Assembly: GCA_050575255.1 (NCBI GenBank)
Contig: JBNZDD010013718.1
Span: 6,298,334 to 6,362,333 of the forward strand
DNA length: 64,000 bases
Reading direction: 5' to 3'
DNA from: Harriotta raleighana
Lineage: Eukaryota
Both the position numbers and the translations under genes were made by a program. A model generated the notes under the pieces. That model saw nothing but the letters and a program-made list of their open reading frames with translations. It was not told where the DNA came from and made no database searches. This document shows, piece by piece, positions 13,227 to 28,200 of this stretch. The number at the start of each line of letters is the position of its first letter. The first letter of the stretch is position 1.

Positions 13227-16200
13227 CTGGAAGTATAGAAATAAAACACTTTAAAAAGATTGTGATTTCGGACAACTTATTTTCACAATAAAGCACCTCT
13301 TTCGGATTTTCTTCCAACAAAATCAAAGGAAAGATTTGTTTTACTCTCAGCGAGTCTAACATTGTTCAAACATAGTTAGTTGCCAGCATTCATTCCAGAA
13401 AATATTTAACTCATTCAACATTTTGAGGAGAGCAGAAGATTTCAATGTGCTCTTGCACATAGAAGAGTTCACAATGCATTATTGGTGGCAGTTGTTTGTT
13501 CATAGAATTTTTCTTTCAATGTATTTTTAAATTTAACAAAATTTAATCATGTGAAGTAGTCATTGCAATGCTAAGAGAGTGTTGGGTTCAAATTTGCCAC
13601 GTGATAGCAATGCAGGAATGTGCAGGGTAGAAAAGACCCCTCCCAAAGTAAAAACAATTCCACTCTGAATCATACTCAATTGATTTCTTCACCAAATAGT
13701 TATCTAGTTCCACTCAAATTTACTGTCGCAATTTTCCGCCCACCAGTTTCACTGAGCAGCTCAATCCAATGACACTGAAGAATCAAATTAAGTTTGCCTT
13801 CACTGTTCAGAGCTGTAATACAACAACAACAACTTCGATTTATATAGCGCCTTCCACTCCGGATTCATATAGCCCTATATAAATACCACTGTAAGACTAT
13901 AAGTCAGGTCTACCACTGAAGAATTCTTGACCATGTTAAATATATGAGGATTTAGTTTATCCATTGCCATTTGGGATCTTAAATACTTCAACTGGATCCT
14001 CCCTGAGTCTACTCTTCTGCAGTGTGAAGATTTCCAGATTTTGCATTCCTTCGTCATGAACCAAATGTCATTTAATGTACACCATCCAAGCCAATAAGTC
14101 ACTATTGAAACACAGGGATGACACATTATACAGTGCTCCAAATCGGGCCTGAGAGTGATTTGTACATTCTACTATATAAATTTACAGCACGGAAGGCAGC
14201 CTTTTCAGCTCATTGTATGCATGTCCTATTGTATGCATGTCAACATTTTTTATGATTTATGATGATACCCCCAATACCTTATCCATTCTTGTTATACTAC
14301 TGCTACTGGATTCACATTTCCCATAATACTTAATACACCCCCAAAATCCCTCTCCGATTCTGTGCCCTATTCAATTAAATCACAAAGCTGTATTCCCACT
14401 GCTCATTCTCTTTCCAATTATCATTAGCCTGGCATTTGTTGTAGTATATTTCAATCTCAAAGCACTTCACAAGATAAACTGTAAAGTGCAGTGACTGGGT
14501 GCCTTGTAGGTGAATGTTTTATCTTTATCCAATGTTTTATGTGCAAGAAATGTCCAACTTACCAGCCTGTAGATAAACCATGTGAGCTTTTAGCCCTATC
14601 TTATAAAATCTGTGTTCCCTTTTTCACCTTGTAGTTACTCAATCTTAGTTGTTGCTGCACTTTTGTCTATTCTCTTTATCCTGTGTCATTTCCACCATAT
14701 CCTTAAATCTGAATCATCCCTTTATAGCTTACATCTTACAACATTCTGATTCATAACCTAGCAGCAACAAACGAACACTGACTTGAGTCACCATCTTATT
14801 TGCACTAAATTAATGAAGTGAATTTGTTATTTCCTAATATAATACCACAGAGTGACCCTTCTGTGCTGGGTGTATAGAAACTGATACCAACAAGAGGCAC
14901 ATGTGTGCAAGCCGTTGACTGTAAGTCAGGTCTGCCAATTTCACTTCTGATCTCTGAACCCTCCTTGATCACTGGAGAATGTTTGGTTCTCAGGAAAACA
15001 AGCCATGAGTTGGTCTGATTTATTTGGTAAGCTTGCAAACGGATAGCTAAATGGCAGATTACATCTCTGTTGGCACGATTTACAAAATTGTTGGCAGTAG
15101 CAGTGTGTAAAAAAAAGCACTCTGTAGCTGGGTATTTGTGTCTCCGGAAACCCAGAACTGTGGCTAGAGTTAGGGCCGGCTGCTCCAGCTGTATTACAGT
15201 AAGTGGTCTTCAGATGCTTAAAAATCTGCTGGGAAATTGCAGATAAATTAACTCCATAAAACAAGAGAACATAATTTGCATACTAGGTAAATAAAACAGT
15301 TGTTTCACCTACTACTGCCAGGGTCAGTGAACAAGTGTAAATGGCAGCTTCCCATCTTCCACAGCAAGTTAGCAGATCTTCAGTTTATGACAAATTTAAT
15401 TGGTCATTAGCATTGCTCCTGTGCAATGGTAAAGTGGGTGACCACTGCCATGGAATCCTTGCTCATGTTGTCGGCTCACACCCATCTCTGGTCGCTTGCC
15501 AAAGCCTTTTGCTCATTTTGTTTTGGGGATTTTGTGAACTTTTCCAATCACACAAAAAGTAGTGAAATATGATTTTTGAGTACCTCAACTTCAAAACAAC
15601 ACTAATTTCCAGCAGAGACAAACTTATACTAACGTTGACTCTTGCGTATAATTTACACCCTTGAAATTTACTGAAAATGCGCTCTCTAAAATGCAATAGC
15701 ATCTTTCCTATGACGGAATGAACAATAGTACAGCACATATCCAACCAGTTCCTTATTTCAGTAACAATATCACCTGTCCACCTGTAGAAGTGGTTTGTCT
15801 TGGTTTCTGAAAAGATCTGAAAGCTAATTCTATTTTCCCTTTGATTTAGATCTAGATCCCCCAGATTAAAACTGGGAAATTAATTACACAACTCTACAAG
15901 GTGTGGCACTGTTGAACCAACATCTTTCAAACTGTTATAGCAACCTTTAGGTGTGACACTATTAAGGAACACTTTTTTTAATAAAGCTTCAATGCAATAG
16001 TTTATCTTAAAGATCTACAACTCAGTATTATAGATATCGGAATTCTAATTCAATGAAAATACGGTGAAAATAAACGCAAACCTTTTGATTGTTAGGTTTT
16101 TGCGAGGGTTTGGGAGGAAACATGCACGGAACTCTCCCAAAATGAACGTGATACGGCATCATGATGGTAGGATCCAGTGGTACCCAGGGCACTGACAGAG

Positions 16201-19200
16201 TGGATGGAACATTTGGAAGCTCGTGGTGTGTAGCATGAAGGTTGTAGGCCGTTCTTGTGGGCTTGTCTTGACTGCTGCTGTATATAGTCACGGAAGAATC
16301 TCTTCTGGCATGACTCAACAGATAGTTGCCTTCGTCTAAGCTACGGTTCAAAATAAGAATGAAAAATAAGGTGAGACGCTTAACAGCAAACCAACATGAA
16401 AAACAGCCTTAAAGAGTTTCTTGAAGTCTGCTTACAGATTTCCCTTGAAAAAAGAAACAATACACAAGAAATTACAACAATATTTTTCTGTGGCAGATAA
16501 AAGTTGTTTGTGGATGACAGGAGCAAAAGCTTGAATTTGTGCTTTGGTACAAAATCAGTCAATCCAAATTACATTTATATAGCGCCTTTCATGTCGGGAG
16601 GACGTCCCAAGGCGCTGAACAGTCAGGTAGGGATCAGAGCAGGGGAGGAGGGGATTTTTAAAAAGTAGACATCTGGCCAGATGGGTTCTATGATTGAATG
16701 CTCCAAATATAGTGTGGTCCCACTTGGCCAAATGGAGGGATAGATTGTAAATTCAATCCTAGTCAGTCTGTGCCGAGATAGCTGATTTTAGTTGAGCCAG
16801 CATTTGGGCTGCTTCAACCAGACCTTAGTTGGGATGGGTAAAGAGGAAACCAAGCCAATGTTTCTACTCCTTGTTGCTTTCCAGTGCACATACTCCCTTC
16901 TGGGTCATGTAAGAGCAAAATTGGGCACTCCTAAGATTTCCTCCAAACTTAAATAGCCTGTTGATGCTTAGTCCAATAAAAATAAACAGCTTCTTACGTA
17001 TGGAGGCAGCATATGGAATTGGATTCCTTCAAGAGTTAAAGCTCATCTGTTAATCACCAAACAAACTCAATAAATTCAATAAATTCCTTATGTTCAACAT
17101 TACTGTATAATTTACAAAAATTGAACTTACCCAGACACCAGTTTTAATATGTGGTGAAGAATATTCAATGAATTTGTAGGCCTAGAAAGAAATAAAGAGA
17201 ACAAGCACTGTCAAAGTCATGAAAAATCAATATAAAAAATAATCTGTAGTTTGGTTTACATCAATTAAGCAAGCTAAATCTATTGAGGAGAAAAAAGATT
17301 AAGGGAAATATAGTTCAAGCTTTAACAAGGAAGGGAATCAATAAATTGAATTGTGGAGGGATTTTTTGACCAAACAAGGCTAGAAGAAAAACAAACTTAA
17401 AGCAGGGAACAAGAAAAAAAACTTAGTCCTTTGGACCTGCTCCTTCCCCATACCTGTTACAAAGCCTCCTTAATGTGAACTCTACCCCCATCTACTCAAT
17501 CCACAATGGTTTTTGGGATACTGCTGTGCACAATTGGCTGCTGCGTTTCACCAATGAAATATAGTGAATTCACTTTACAGCATATTCTGTTAACACTCTT
17601 TGAGGTGTCTCATCAATGGGATAAGGCACTGTATCAAAAGCATGGATAATTATGATTGCTTAAGAAAAGGAATGAAAATCCCAACACTACTAAAGCCACA
17701 AATATTGTATTGATTACTATGCATTTGGTGGCAAGACACAGCCACATCACTCCACATTTTCTCCATCTTAGAGAGAAAATGCACTAAGTATAAACGTAGC
17801 ATTTGATACAACAACTTACACTTATATAGTACCCGCCATGCTGGGCGGTGTCTCAGAGCACTTCACAATGGTGGAGCCTGAAGCTGAGCCAGGAGGAGGG
17901 AAGGTGGCCGTAAGCAGGGTTGAAGATGAGATACAATTTCTGCTTGCTTTCAATTCAAGGTTTAAATTTTCCCTTATTTAGTTCAATGGCTTTCTGAGTG
18001 TAGTTTACTTCACTTTGTATGCCTGCAAAACATACAAATATCTGCCCTCCAGTTCCTAAGTATTTGGATATAATTAACCCAGACAATGAAGACACACAAT
18101 AAAAATTGAATGGCTGATCTCAAATAATCCATTAAACTAAAATGGCTATTAAGATGACTCACACTTGAAACATGAGCAACGTTTTCCATTCACTTACTTG
18201 AAAGATTTAAATCTTGTTCCGAGCGATGCTGCTGGAAATTGGTCCAAAAAAATTAACTTTGATGCAAAGATATCAATATGCCCTGCCATAAAGGGGAAAA
18301 CAAAATGGAAGTAAAAACAACAACAACATTAAACTTGTATCGTGCCTTCAAGTATTAAAACATGCTAGTGAGCAGAACTGTAGGAGGGTCTTCAAATAAT
18401 TCCTAGAGCTGAATTGTGCCTTTTATTGAACATCACTGAAATGCCATCTTTGAAACCATGCTGTCATATCAATGAACTACTTGGATTGCCCCACTGTTAA
18501 GCACTCTGAGACGCAGCCCGCATGAAGGGGCGCTATATAAATTCAAGTTGTTGTTCTCATTAAACAACAACAACAAAATTATATTTGTACAACATGTTTC
18601 ATGTTGGTAGGATGCTCTAAAGCATTTCACTATAATAATTAACAATTGTGAAGTGGATTGACTATGTTTTATGCAAGCGAATGCAGCAGCCCAATTACTC
18701 GCAGCAATTACCCACATAGTACCACAAATATACTTTATTAATTTTAAATTAAAATATTCTTTGTTTTTATAGGAATAAACGTGAGCAGGGAGGGAGTGGC
18801 AGGTTGTTTGACATTGGAACAATAGGCTTCTCAGAGATCCATTATTCACACAACATGAAGAATGTTATGTATAGTGGAGTGCTGGCTGGCTGGAATCTCC
18901 TCCCACAATTTTTTGATACTTTCTCATGCTTCGGACTCGATAGGTTTCTTGATGTCATTGAACTATTTTCTCACTTACTTCCAGATTTTTCACCCAGCTG
19001 ATTATCGCAACCCTGATTTCCTTCAGTAGTTTAGCAATCACAATCTTGTTACAAGGCTATAATTTTGGAATGAATATCCAAACAAAAGTCTCAAAAACAT
19101 AAAAATCAAGTCAACAAACAGTTAATATAATAAAAATGATTTCATTGGCAGTCGCTCCACCTAGCAATTTCCACACCCAGTCTCGCCCAGTGCGTAATGC

Positions 19201-22200
19201 ATTCTTGTCACTCTCATCAGAGAACAGCTTGTACTATATCCAAAGCCATTTTGTCCAGCACCTCAGCTTAATATATATTACACCCTGGCTCATTTTGCAT
19301 AGACTGCAGTTTTAAATCCTCATGTGTATATCGATAACGCCTCATTGTTTTCAGATTGCATTTCAGTCTTGAGGTGACAAACTTTATGTTCATAGCTGAA
19401 TGACAGCAAAAGGATCCCACACCCTCCCATTTCTTACAATATACGTGTGGGAGATGGGAGGGCGAAAGAGAGAGAAAATTCAAACTGAAAGTAATAAATA
19501 AACAAATAGCACAAGAATTAGAGGAGAATGGAAATCAAATTAAAGAAACACTTGGAAAAGATTTTGTTTCATTTCTGTAAAGTTTACTTAAGAAAAATAT
19601 TTGCACAGGTACCAATTAACTTCACATATAAGTTTCAAAGATTCTACAACACAGCAGCTTTCCATCAAGAAACTTTGACTCATGTTTCACTTCTTTTTAA
19701 AAAAAATACTCCTCACTCAGGAAATGCCATTTGAAGGCTTAATTTAAACAGGCGACAATTTCCCAAAATAATTTTTTCCATATCTTATAGAAATTGAGTA
19801 CTTTATTCACCCGAGGAAAGTAATACCCACCTACATAAAACCAAGTATTAGAATTGAAGAGGGTTTCAGTCCAAAACCGACATGCTTCACTGTCAGTAAA
19901 ATCTTCTACTCCATACGAGGTCTGATAATTCAGTTTGGGGTACAAAAAGACTGGGAGATGCTGGTGAAAAAAACATATTATTTGTGACCACTTTATCCAA
20001 CTAATATTTCAATTTGTTATTAAGACACCGTGAAGGCATCATTGGACTTTTTCAAATTTATTCATCAGAAATGATGATCAATCGAAATATGATCATTCCT
20101 TAGTTCTCAGACAATCTGCAAAAAGTAAATAACTCACCCTTTTCAGTCCCACTTTATTTGAACGTGGTTTTGTTTGCGCTTTGAACACTTGCCCACGTAC
20201 AACAATTAGCATCTCAGCCAAACTGAAGAGTTTATAGGAGACGTTCCCCGTCGAAGAGTCTGTGTAGTCACACACATTTTCAGTACATTGGTGGAGCTCA
20301 TCCGAGAGCAACGCTAAAAGACAGATGCATTGTTAGAATTCACAATTTAAGTGCATCTATAACCACATTTTGGATACTTAAAATTCATTTGAATTCCATT
20401 TTATTTTTCACATAAAAAAACACTCTAGGTACATTCAAGATAAGCGAAGGCCCTACGATGTCTACAACCTGCTACAAAATAATGCAGTGATCTTTATAGC
20501 ACATCCCACTTTTCCCACTAGGATCTATTTGGTACTCTCACTGAAATTAGGAGTTAAACTGGGAGTTAATTGAATATCATCAGTTGATGCTCTTTCTCCA
20601 GAACTTGTCAATTATACACATTTCAACTCAACAATAACAAGAGCAAAATGCATTTATAGAGCACCGTTCTAATGGGATAGAGTCTTGAAGTGCAAAATAA
20701 TAGCGAAGCATGACACTGAGCTGGGGAGGTGAACACAAGAACATAAGAAAAGCAGCAGGATTAGTCCATTCGGCCCCTCGAGCCTGCCCGCCATTCAATA
20801 AGACCATGGCTGATCTTCTAATCTAACTCCATCTGCNGGGAGGTGAACACAAGAACATAAGAAAAGCAGCAGGATTAGGCCATTCGGCCCCTCGAGCCTG
20901 CCCCGCCATTCAATAAGATCATGGCTGATCTTCTAATCTAACTCCATCTGCTCACCTTATCCTCATACCCCTTAATTCCTCTATCCATAAGAAATCTATC
21001 AAATCAAGAGGCATGGTTTAAAAGGAAGGTTTTCAGGTGTGATCTGAAGAGGGACAAGATAGGGGCAAGCAGAAGGCATTCATTCAGAGAGTTCCAGTTT
21101 TGGGGTATAGTATCTAAAACCATGGTCTGTGCCGATTGTGGAGCAGTTGGGATGAGGGACACAGTCTAACAAAGTAAAAATATTAAAACGCTTACTTTTG
21201 GAATTGGAACCTGGAGTACCAGAGGACTTGGACACAATAGGTTCTGCAGATTTCTTTTCCAGCAGGACATGACCTTGCATTGGATGTGTATCCAGCACAT
21301 TTGCCTCTTGATTTACCAGTGGCTGTTCCACAACAGGTTTGGGATCTGGCTTTAACAGCTTGCATTGCATTTTCAGAATCTGCCCAAGTGGATCAAATTC
21401 CTTTGAAAGTTTGTGCACAGGCCTTTTAATCTCCTTCTTTCTCTGCACTGATCTACTGATCACATCTTGATCAGGAGATGGTGATCGGGGGGTATCTGGA
21501 ATATCTTCTGCCTCAAGAAGTGAGGTCTTTTCAGGGATGGAATTCAAGATTCTCAAATTAGTTTCCGCAGGAACACGTATCTGATGATCTGTGTCAATGA
21601 CAAGTCGCTCATCGTCTGTATCGCTATGATTCGAAATTTCTTTTTCGGATGGCTTGAAAGATGATGTGTCGTCTGATTCTGTCCCTTTTGTCAACAAATT
21701 AGTGCCCGATTGAGTTCTCGTTTCCTCTTTGGGGTTACTCTCTTGCTTCTCTTCCTTTGAATCATCGTATTGCGTTGTATTCAGTTTGTCATCACATTTT
21801 GTTTTGGACGGATCAGATGGAAGACACTGCTCCTGATTTAACTTTACATTTATTACTAAGGTCACTGGTATGTCTTCAGAATCCTCTTTACTCTTGCCCT
21901 GCTTTTTGGCAGTTGAGGCGATAGAGCCAAGAGATTTTCCATGTTTATCATTTCTGACAGAGGCCCTGTTTTGGGAGAGTCGTTTGGATGACCTGGTGGT
22001 TACAGTGCCAAATGTCTCTAAATCTGTGGCGTCAAAATCTGCATTTTCAAAGAAGTTTTCATAATGCTGCTGCTTTCTGACGAGCATCTATATTGAACGA
22101 GAGTTAAAAACAGTCCAATCATCAGAACATATGCATGTACAAGTGAAAAGAGAAGAGATTGTATGAAATGTGTCCAGCAAACCTCTCCCATCAGTGGATA

Positions 22201-25200
22201 AATATAATGTGAAATGATTTAAATTGAATTAGAACCAAACATAGTCACCCTTCATATCATATATAGGAAATTAGGACCAGAAGGCAACTCTGCTCTGTCT
22301 TCCTGAAAACTTACATTCTCCTCCAGTCTGTTAAGGTCTTCTGGTTTCTCTAAAGTCATAGCAGACAACAGCACGTCAGATTTTTTTGACATCAATAGGT
22401 CTAGAGGAACTTCGTAAAAAAGTGAATTCTTCTCCCTCACAGTAAGTTCTTTCTTCACAAGGGGTGAGTCGATACAGACAACTTTTACTTTATTTCCTGT
22501 AAAAAAAGAAAAATTTAAATTCCACTACTCACCATGACATATTCCTATCAACTTTCAAAACAAAAACCCAAGCTCAACATACTTCACTCGCATACAAATA
22601 TAATAACAACTGACAATATATAGGTACAGTAAAACCTTGTTTATCCGTGACCCGATCNTATACTTCACTCGCATACAAATATAATAACTGACAATATATA
22701 GGTACAGTAAAACCTTGTTTATCCGTGACCCGATCAACCGTGACTCGATTCAATTGCTCAACCCCCTCCCGGGACAATTCCCCATTCCAGAATCACAAAT
22801 TTGCTCACTTTGCACACTTAGTGAACTTACTCACTTATGTTTTTTACCTATCAGTAAAAAATGCTGTTTTACCAATTTTTTCCCAACTCTGCTAGAATGC
22901 TTTGTTGGTAAGTATCCATACAATATTCTGTTACTATGTAGTGTATTATTAACATGGTATGTTTTAAAATAAGTAAAATTTTTATGTCGGGTTTTCGGCG
23001 ACTTCTCCCTTGTTTATCCGGCACCGTCAATTAGTCGACCCCCCCCACCGAGCATGCCGGATAAACAAGGTTTTACTGTACTTCTAAAATATGACAATAC
23101 ATTAACTAGGAAAAAGCTTGCAGTATTGTGATCACACAATTAGTAGGTACGCCATCCTTAAAGGACAGTTTGCTATGATCATAACTTATACTTGCATACC
23201 AATGAGAATTAGTTATTTGAACTTGCCTGTGCCAAAATAAATGTATCGGCTTGTACCACAATACCGAGAATATGAAAAAAATCAGCGCTGAACATAAAGA
23301 ATAGCACTCAATACAAAATGTTCAAAGTTCATCCTGGATATCTTGTTTATGTTGGAAAGGGCTACATGTTGAAGGATCCCAGCTGGTATTTCAAAACAGC
23401 CTATTAGCTTAAAATCAAACTGTGGGAACTGATCAATAAGCAACCAAACTTGTTTATTTTTTTTTACACATCTCAAAACTCTCCTGTCAATAATGCACAC
23501 CCACTTTCACCAAATAGTAAATTTGTACATCTGTGTATATCATTGTATGGATGAATGCTGTGGAGTCCTTTAGCTTAGTGGTTAGAGCACTCGCCTCACA
23601 AGCGAGAGGACCTGGGTTCAATTGCTGGCGGAGGAAATCGTTGGGCAAGTTTCCTTGCTCCACATGCCTCTGTTTACCAAGCAATAGGTGTTATGTCGAT
23701 TGGCAGATCTCTGTTCCGAGGATAATAATTCCTTAAAAAAATTTAAATCATTTGATCATTCAATCTTAATTCACGTTATGGTGTATGCTGTGAAGCACTT
23801 TGAGCCGTCTCAAAGACTTGATAAAGTAATATATCAAATGCAGGGATTATTATTATTATGATAATATTGTGTGAGTATGTTATGGCTATGGTTTAAGTCA
23901 CTTCCTGATTACTATATGCACATGTGCGCAGGAAGTCAGTAACTCCTCTCACAAGCGTTTCCAGACTGTTGCGGTGCTAAGAACTGTTTTCTGGTTTTGT
24001 TTAGTTATAATTTTTTAAACATTCTATTGGCTGGATTTGTCTACCAGTGGGGGGGATATATACATTTTCAATTATCTACCCTAAATACCATTCACTACTT
24101 CAAGGACTTGAATTGGACCATCACAGTCCTTCTAAATATGATGGAATAATTCAAAGTAAAAAAATTGAATTAAATAATAAACTAGAAGCCCTTCAGACAT
24201 TACACCGATAAACAAGATGAAAGAGGATGGATTGCGCTGGCACAGAACTTCATTCTCAATGATTTGCCTTTACTCCAACTGACTATTTGACTGTATCTTC
24301 TGACAGAATTAGGTTGCAAAAGATGACTGTCTGGATTCTAATAAACCAGAAAGATTTTTAAAAAATTACAGTGAGTGAATCGTTTATCAATTCACCTTGA
24401 GTTATTCTCTTAAAACATCAGTCCAAATTATTCACAAAAACATTTGAATTGTTAGTGATATCAATATCGCACTGTCCGACTGAAACAAAAATAATAGGCT
24501 TGGTTTCTTCCATAGTTCATGAGGAATGCATGTAATATTTTATATCTAAATAGCTGGCAAGNAGTGATATCAATATCGCACTGTCCGACTGAATCAAAAA
24601 TAATAGGCTTGGTTTCTTCTATAGTTCATGAGGAATGCATGTAATATTTTATATCTAAATAGCTGGCAAGCCATTTGTGGATGAGAGCTACATTTCATGG
24701 CTGCAATATTTGGCTTCCTGAAAAAGCATTCACTCTCCTTTCTATTAACTCTCAACATTTGTCCATCTCCTAAAGATCAATCGAATAGGCTGTTCAGCAT
24801 TTGAAAGCTTCCATGAAACTGTTGTTCTGGCAATACCACTACTCTGATCAATAACAGCAGGAACAAAGAGCTGCACTTATCGATCGGATGTCACATTGTT
24901 ACTAATAACCAACATTAATAATTATTCAACTACCACCGGCAGAAAGGCCTGTATTGAGGAAGAAAGAATAACCAGCCGTGGTTGATTAAATTAAATTGGA
25001 ACACAGACTGAGATTGGAAAGTGGAGAGAAAATCAAAATGAATCTACTACACCAGTGAACAGTGATGTAAAACAGAAGTTTAAGAGATGGGAAAAATTCC
25101 AAACAACGGTAAACACCTCCTATCCCTTTTCTAAACCTACATTTCCAAAATAGCGAGCCCAACCCTCACTCTTGGTATTAAAGCAAGGTTTAATTTATTC

Positions 25201-28200
25201 ACCACAACTACCTTGAAATCAAATAAATTTCTGTAAATAATAATAATAATCCTTGCATTTGATATTGCACCTTATCATGGTATCGAGGCATCTCGAAAAG
25301 CTTCACAGAATAGCCTAAAGATTAGGAAATGGTGATTTGTACATATTTAGTGCAAACAAATGGCTAGGCATCCAATACCATCAAATACAGAAGCTTCCAG
25401 TTCAGAATTCAAAATAAATCTGGCACCACCCGCTGGCCAAACACTGATAGCACAATTGGTGAAAAAACTCGCAAACATTTCAGAATACGATTAAAAAATG
25501 TGTAATCAAACATTTTACATTTGGCAAGAAAAGTTTTCAACTGAAGAGCACGAGTTAAGTTTCAGGAATATCAATTGTTCCTACTTTTACTTAAAATGTA
25601 AGAAAAGTAAACCGGGAAAGCAAGAAGGAGTAAAACAAAAAACAGTTAGACAAATCAAGATTAGGACCTGACCAGCTGGAAAGAATGTAAAGGTAATGTA
25701 AGCAAAATTAAGAAGTTGAAACAAGCTGCTTATTAGGCTTGGTTATAGGACATCACAGAAAACCACATTAGATTTCAAATTGAATTCTCAAATAAGAGCA
25801 TCAGGGATCAAAAATAATTGTTATGGGTTCCTTTAGAGTAAGGATTATAGTGAGAGCAAAGGAGCAACAATGTGTTTCTGGACATAACTTGACTATTCTT
25901 GGATCCAAATAGTTGCAGAGCATATCAGAAAGGTGGTAATATTGCAGATGATGTGATGTACAAGTAGGGGATGAAAAAGACACATTGGAAATAATGTCAG
26001 AGAATATGATTGAAGTTAAAGTCCAACTTATAACAGAGAAGTACGAACTTAGGAAGTAGATTTTGAAGCAAATGGGGAGATTCAATTCTGAATCAGATTG
26101 TTATAAGGGAATAGAGAGGAATACGGGTAAGACTTTAAAAAAATCTCAAGATTGGAAATTGTCTGTAGTCCAATCCTGAACAGCAAAACATACCTTTGTC
26201 ATTGATGATTTTCACACAAATTGGAATTTCCCATTGCTCTGTATAGTTTGGCCCATGGTTATTTAATAGGGTATACAAGGCCTGGGTTGTCATGCAGAAC
26301 TGAGCACCGTACTTCATACTAAGCTTTGCTGCATTACTATCATTAATAATATCCTGAAATAAAAGCATAGGGATGTTTGTATATGATCACATTTTGTGCA
26401 TATGTATTAACAAATCAAAGCAGAGGAGTACAGGCACAGAGTTAATAAGTTTTGTAGAAAATGAAATAGATTAATAATACGAGATGATACAATAAATTGG
26501 CCTGGTTCTCAACCAAGTCAAACGTATGATATAATGTTTTATTTTGACTTGGTTGAGAACCAGGATGAAGAAATAATGTGTAACAGCAGAACTTGTGAAG
26601 TTTAGGCAGAATGTTCAGCAGAGGATTAAGCACACTAATAACCAAAATAATAATCCTTGCATTTTATATATCTCATTATCACGTCTTTGAGACGTCTCAA
26701 AGCGCTTTGCAGAACATACTGTGAATTGACTGTATATTTTGTGGGTGCAAACAAAGAAAATAATGTTTTTGTACCCAAGAAAGCTACAACGAACCTTTTC
26801 TTGAATCTCTACAAAAGAATGAGACAGGTAATAGAGTGACTGCCGGACAAGGAAGCAATGTTTAAACATTAGACAGATATGGGCTTTATGGAGCCAGTCA
26901 GTCAATAAATTCAACTCAAATGCTTCAATGTATTCATCGATTGAATAATCTATTGAAAATAGGTGAAACAAGTCGTGTTACCATCTCCCATTTAAATAAA
27001 ACCTAATAATCAAAATAAACCCATTGGTAACAATGTGGATGTATTGTACTATTTCTATAGCAGCTTGCTGAACACTGTAACCTCCATTCCGTCAACGCAA
27101 GACTTACAGAGTTTACAATGCAATCCCTTTCCTTGGGTGAAGCAAAAGAAGAAATGTGTTTGTATTCTGTTGATAACGCAATCTTGAATGGAAATCTTGA
27201 AACTGGCAACTTCAAAAAGCTACTCTTCCCCTGAAAATCAGAAAACACGAATGAATCAATCAATCAATCAATCAATAACCTTTGAAGACTGAATTCATGT
27301 TTCAATCAGAGGATCTTTTACAAAAATCACAACCTGTAAATACATATTATTCAATTACATGAAACATTTCACTTTCTTGCAAATGGCATAGAGCAATATA
27401 TTTCTTACAGTAAAAGCTCGTTTACCAACACACTCAGGATACCTGACCATTGCCGATTAATGAAATATGATGGATATTCGAGTGGCAAGTTGCCGAAAAT
27501 CCTACACAAAAATTAATTTATTTTAAAACATACCATATTAATAATTGACTAAATAATAACAGATAAATAATAATAATATGGATACTTATCAATAATAACA
27601 GATAAATAATAATAATATGGATACTTATCAATAAAGCATTCCAGCACACTTGGTAAAATGATCAGTAAAATAAAAATTCCAGCATTCGTTAAGGTTAATG
27701 AGTGTGCATGCATACTCGCGAGTGTCCCGGATGGCTCCAGTACGAGATCCGTTTGCTGGAATGTTGAACTGTATTGGGAGATATCAGTTGGGTTTGAGCG
27801 TTCCGATTGGTTGGGTGTCGGATAAACAAGCTTTTACTGTATCACTAACAATAAGACAATATCATGATAAATCATGTGAAGCAATGGATGAGAAGTCATT
27901 AGGTTTATCATTACTTAAACAAACTTATTGCATATTGTGTAGGTGAAACTGACCATGCTGAATAGATTCTTTTCCAATTTGAACTCGAGATCTGGGATGA
28001 ATTTGCCTCCCATGATGCTTGTAATATCTTGTATACAATAATACTGTGGATATCTCTTCACAGAGTTACTCCATTCTCTTAAGACATCCTATAAACAAAG
28101 TGAAAAAGTGAATAATAGATAGCATTCTGCTATTTAATATTCAAATGAGCATAGATAAATCCACTTTTTAACAGTGCCATTTAATTTGTTCCTATAAGAC

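Noticed and set aside
15481-15538. Possible cassette exon in the last ICE2 intron
   Set aside because: Weak acceptor, no recognisable homology, and exons 14-15 already join in frame
21080-22087. 335-aa ORF as a stand-alone gene
   Set aside because: It is ICE2 exon 9; the ATG directly follows a splice acceptor and the last 38 aa are intron read-through
22625-22657. Extra MITE left TIR suggesting a nested insertion
   Set aside because: Part of the n22658 duplication artefact
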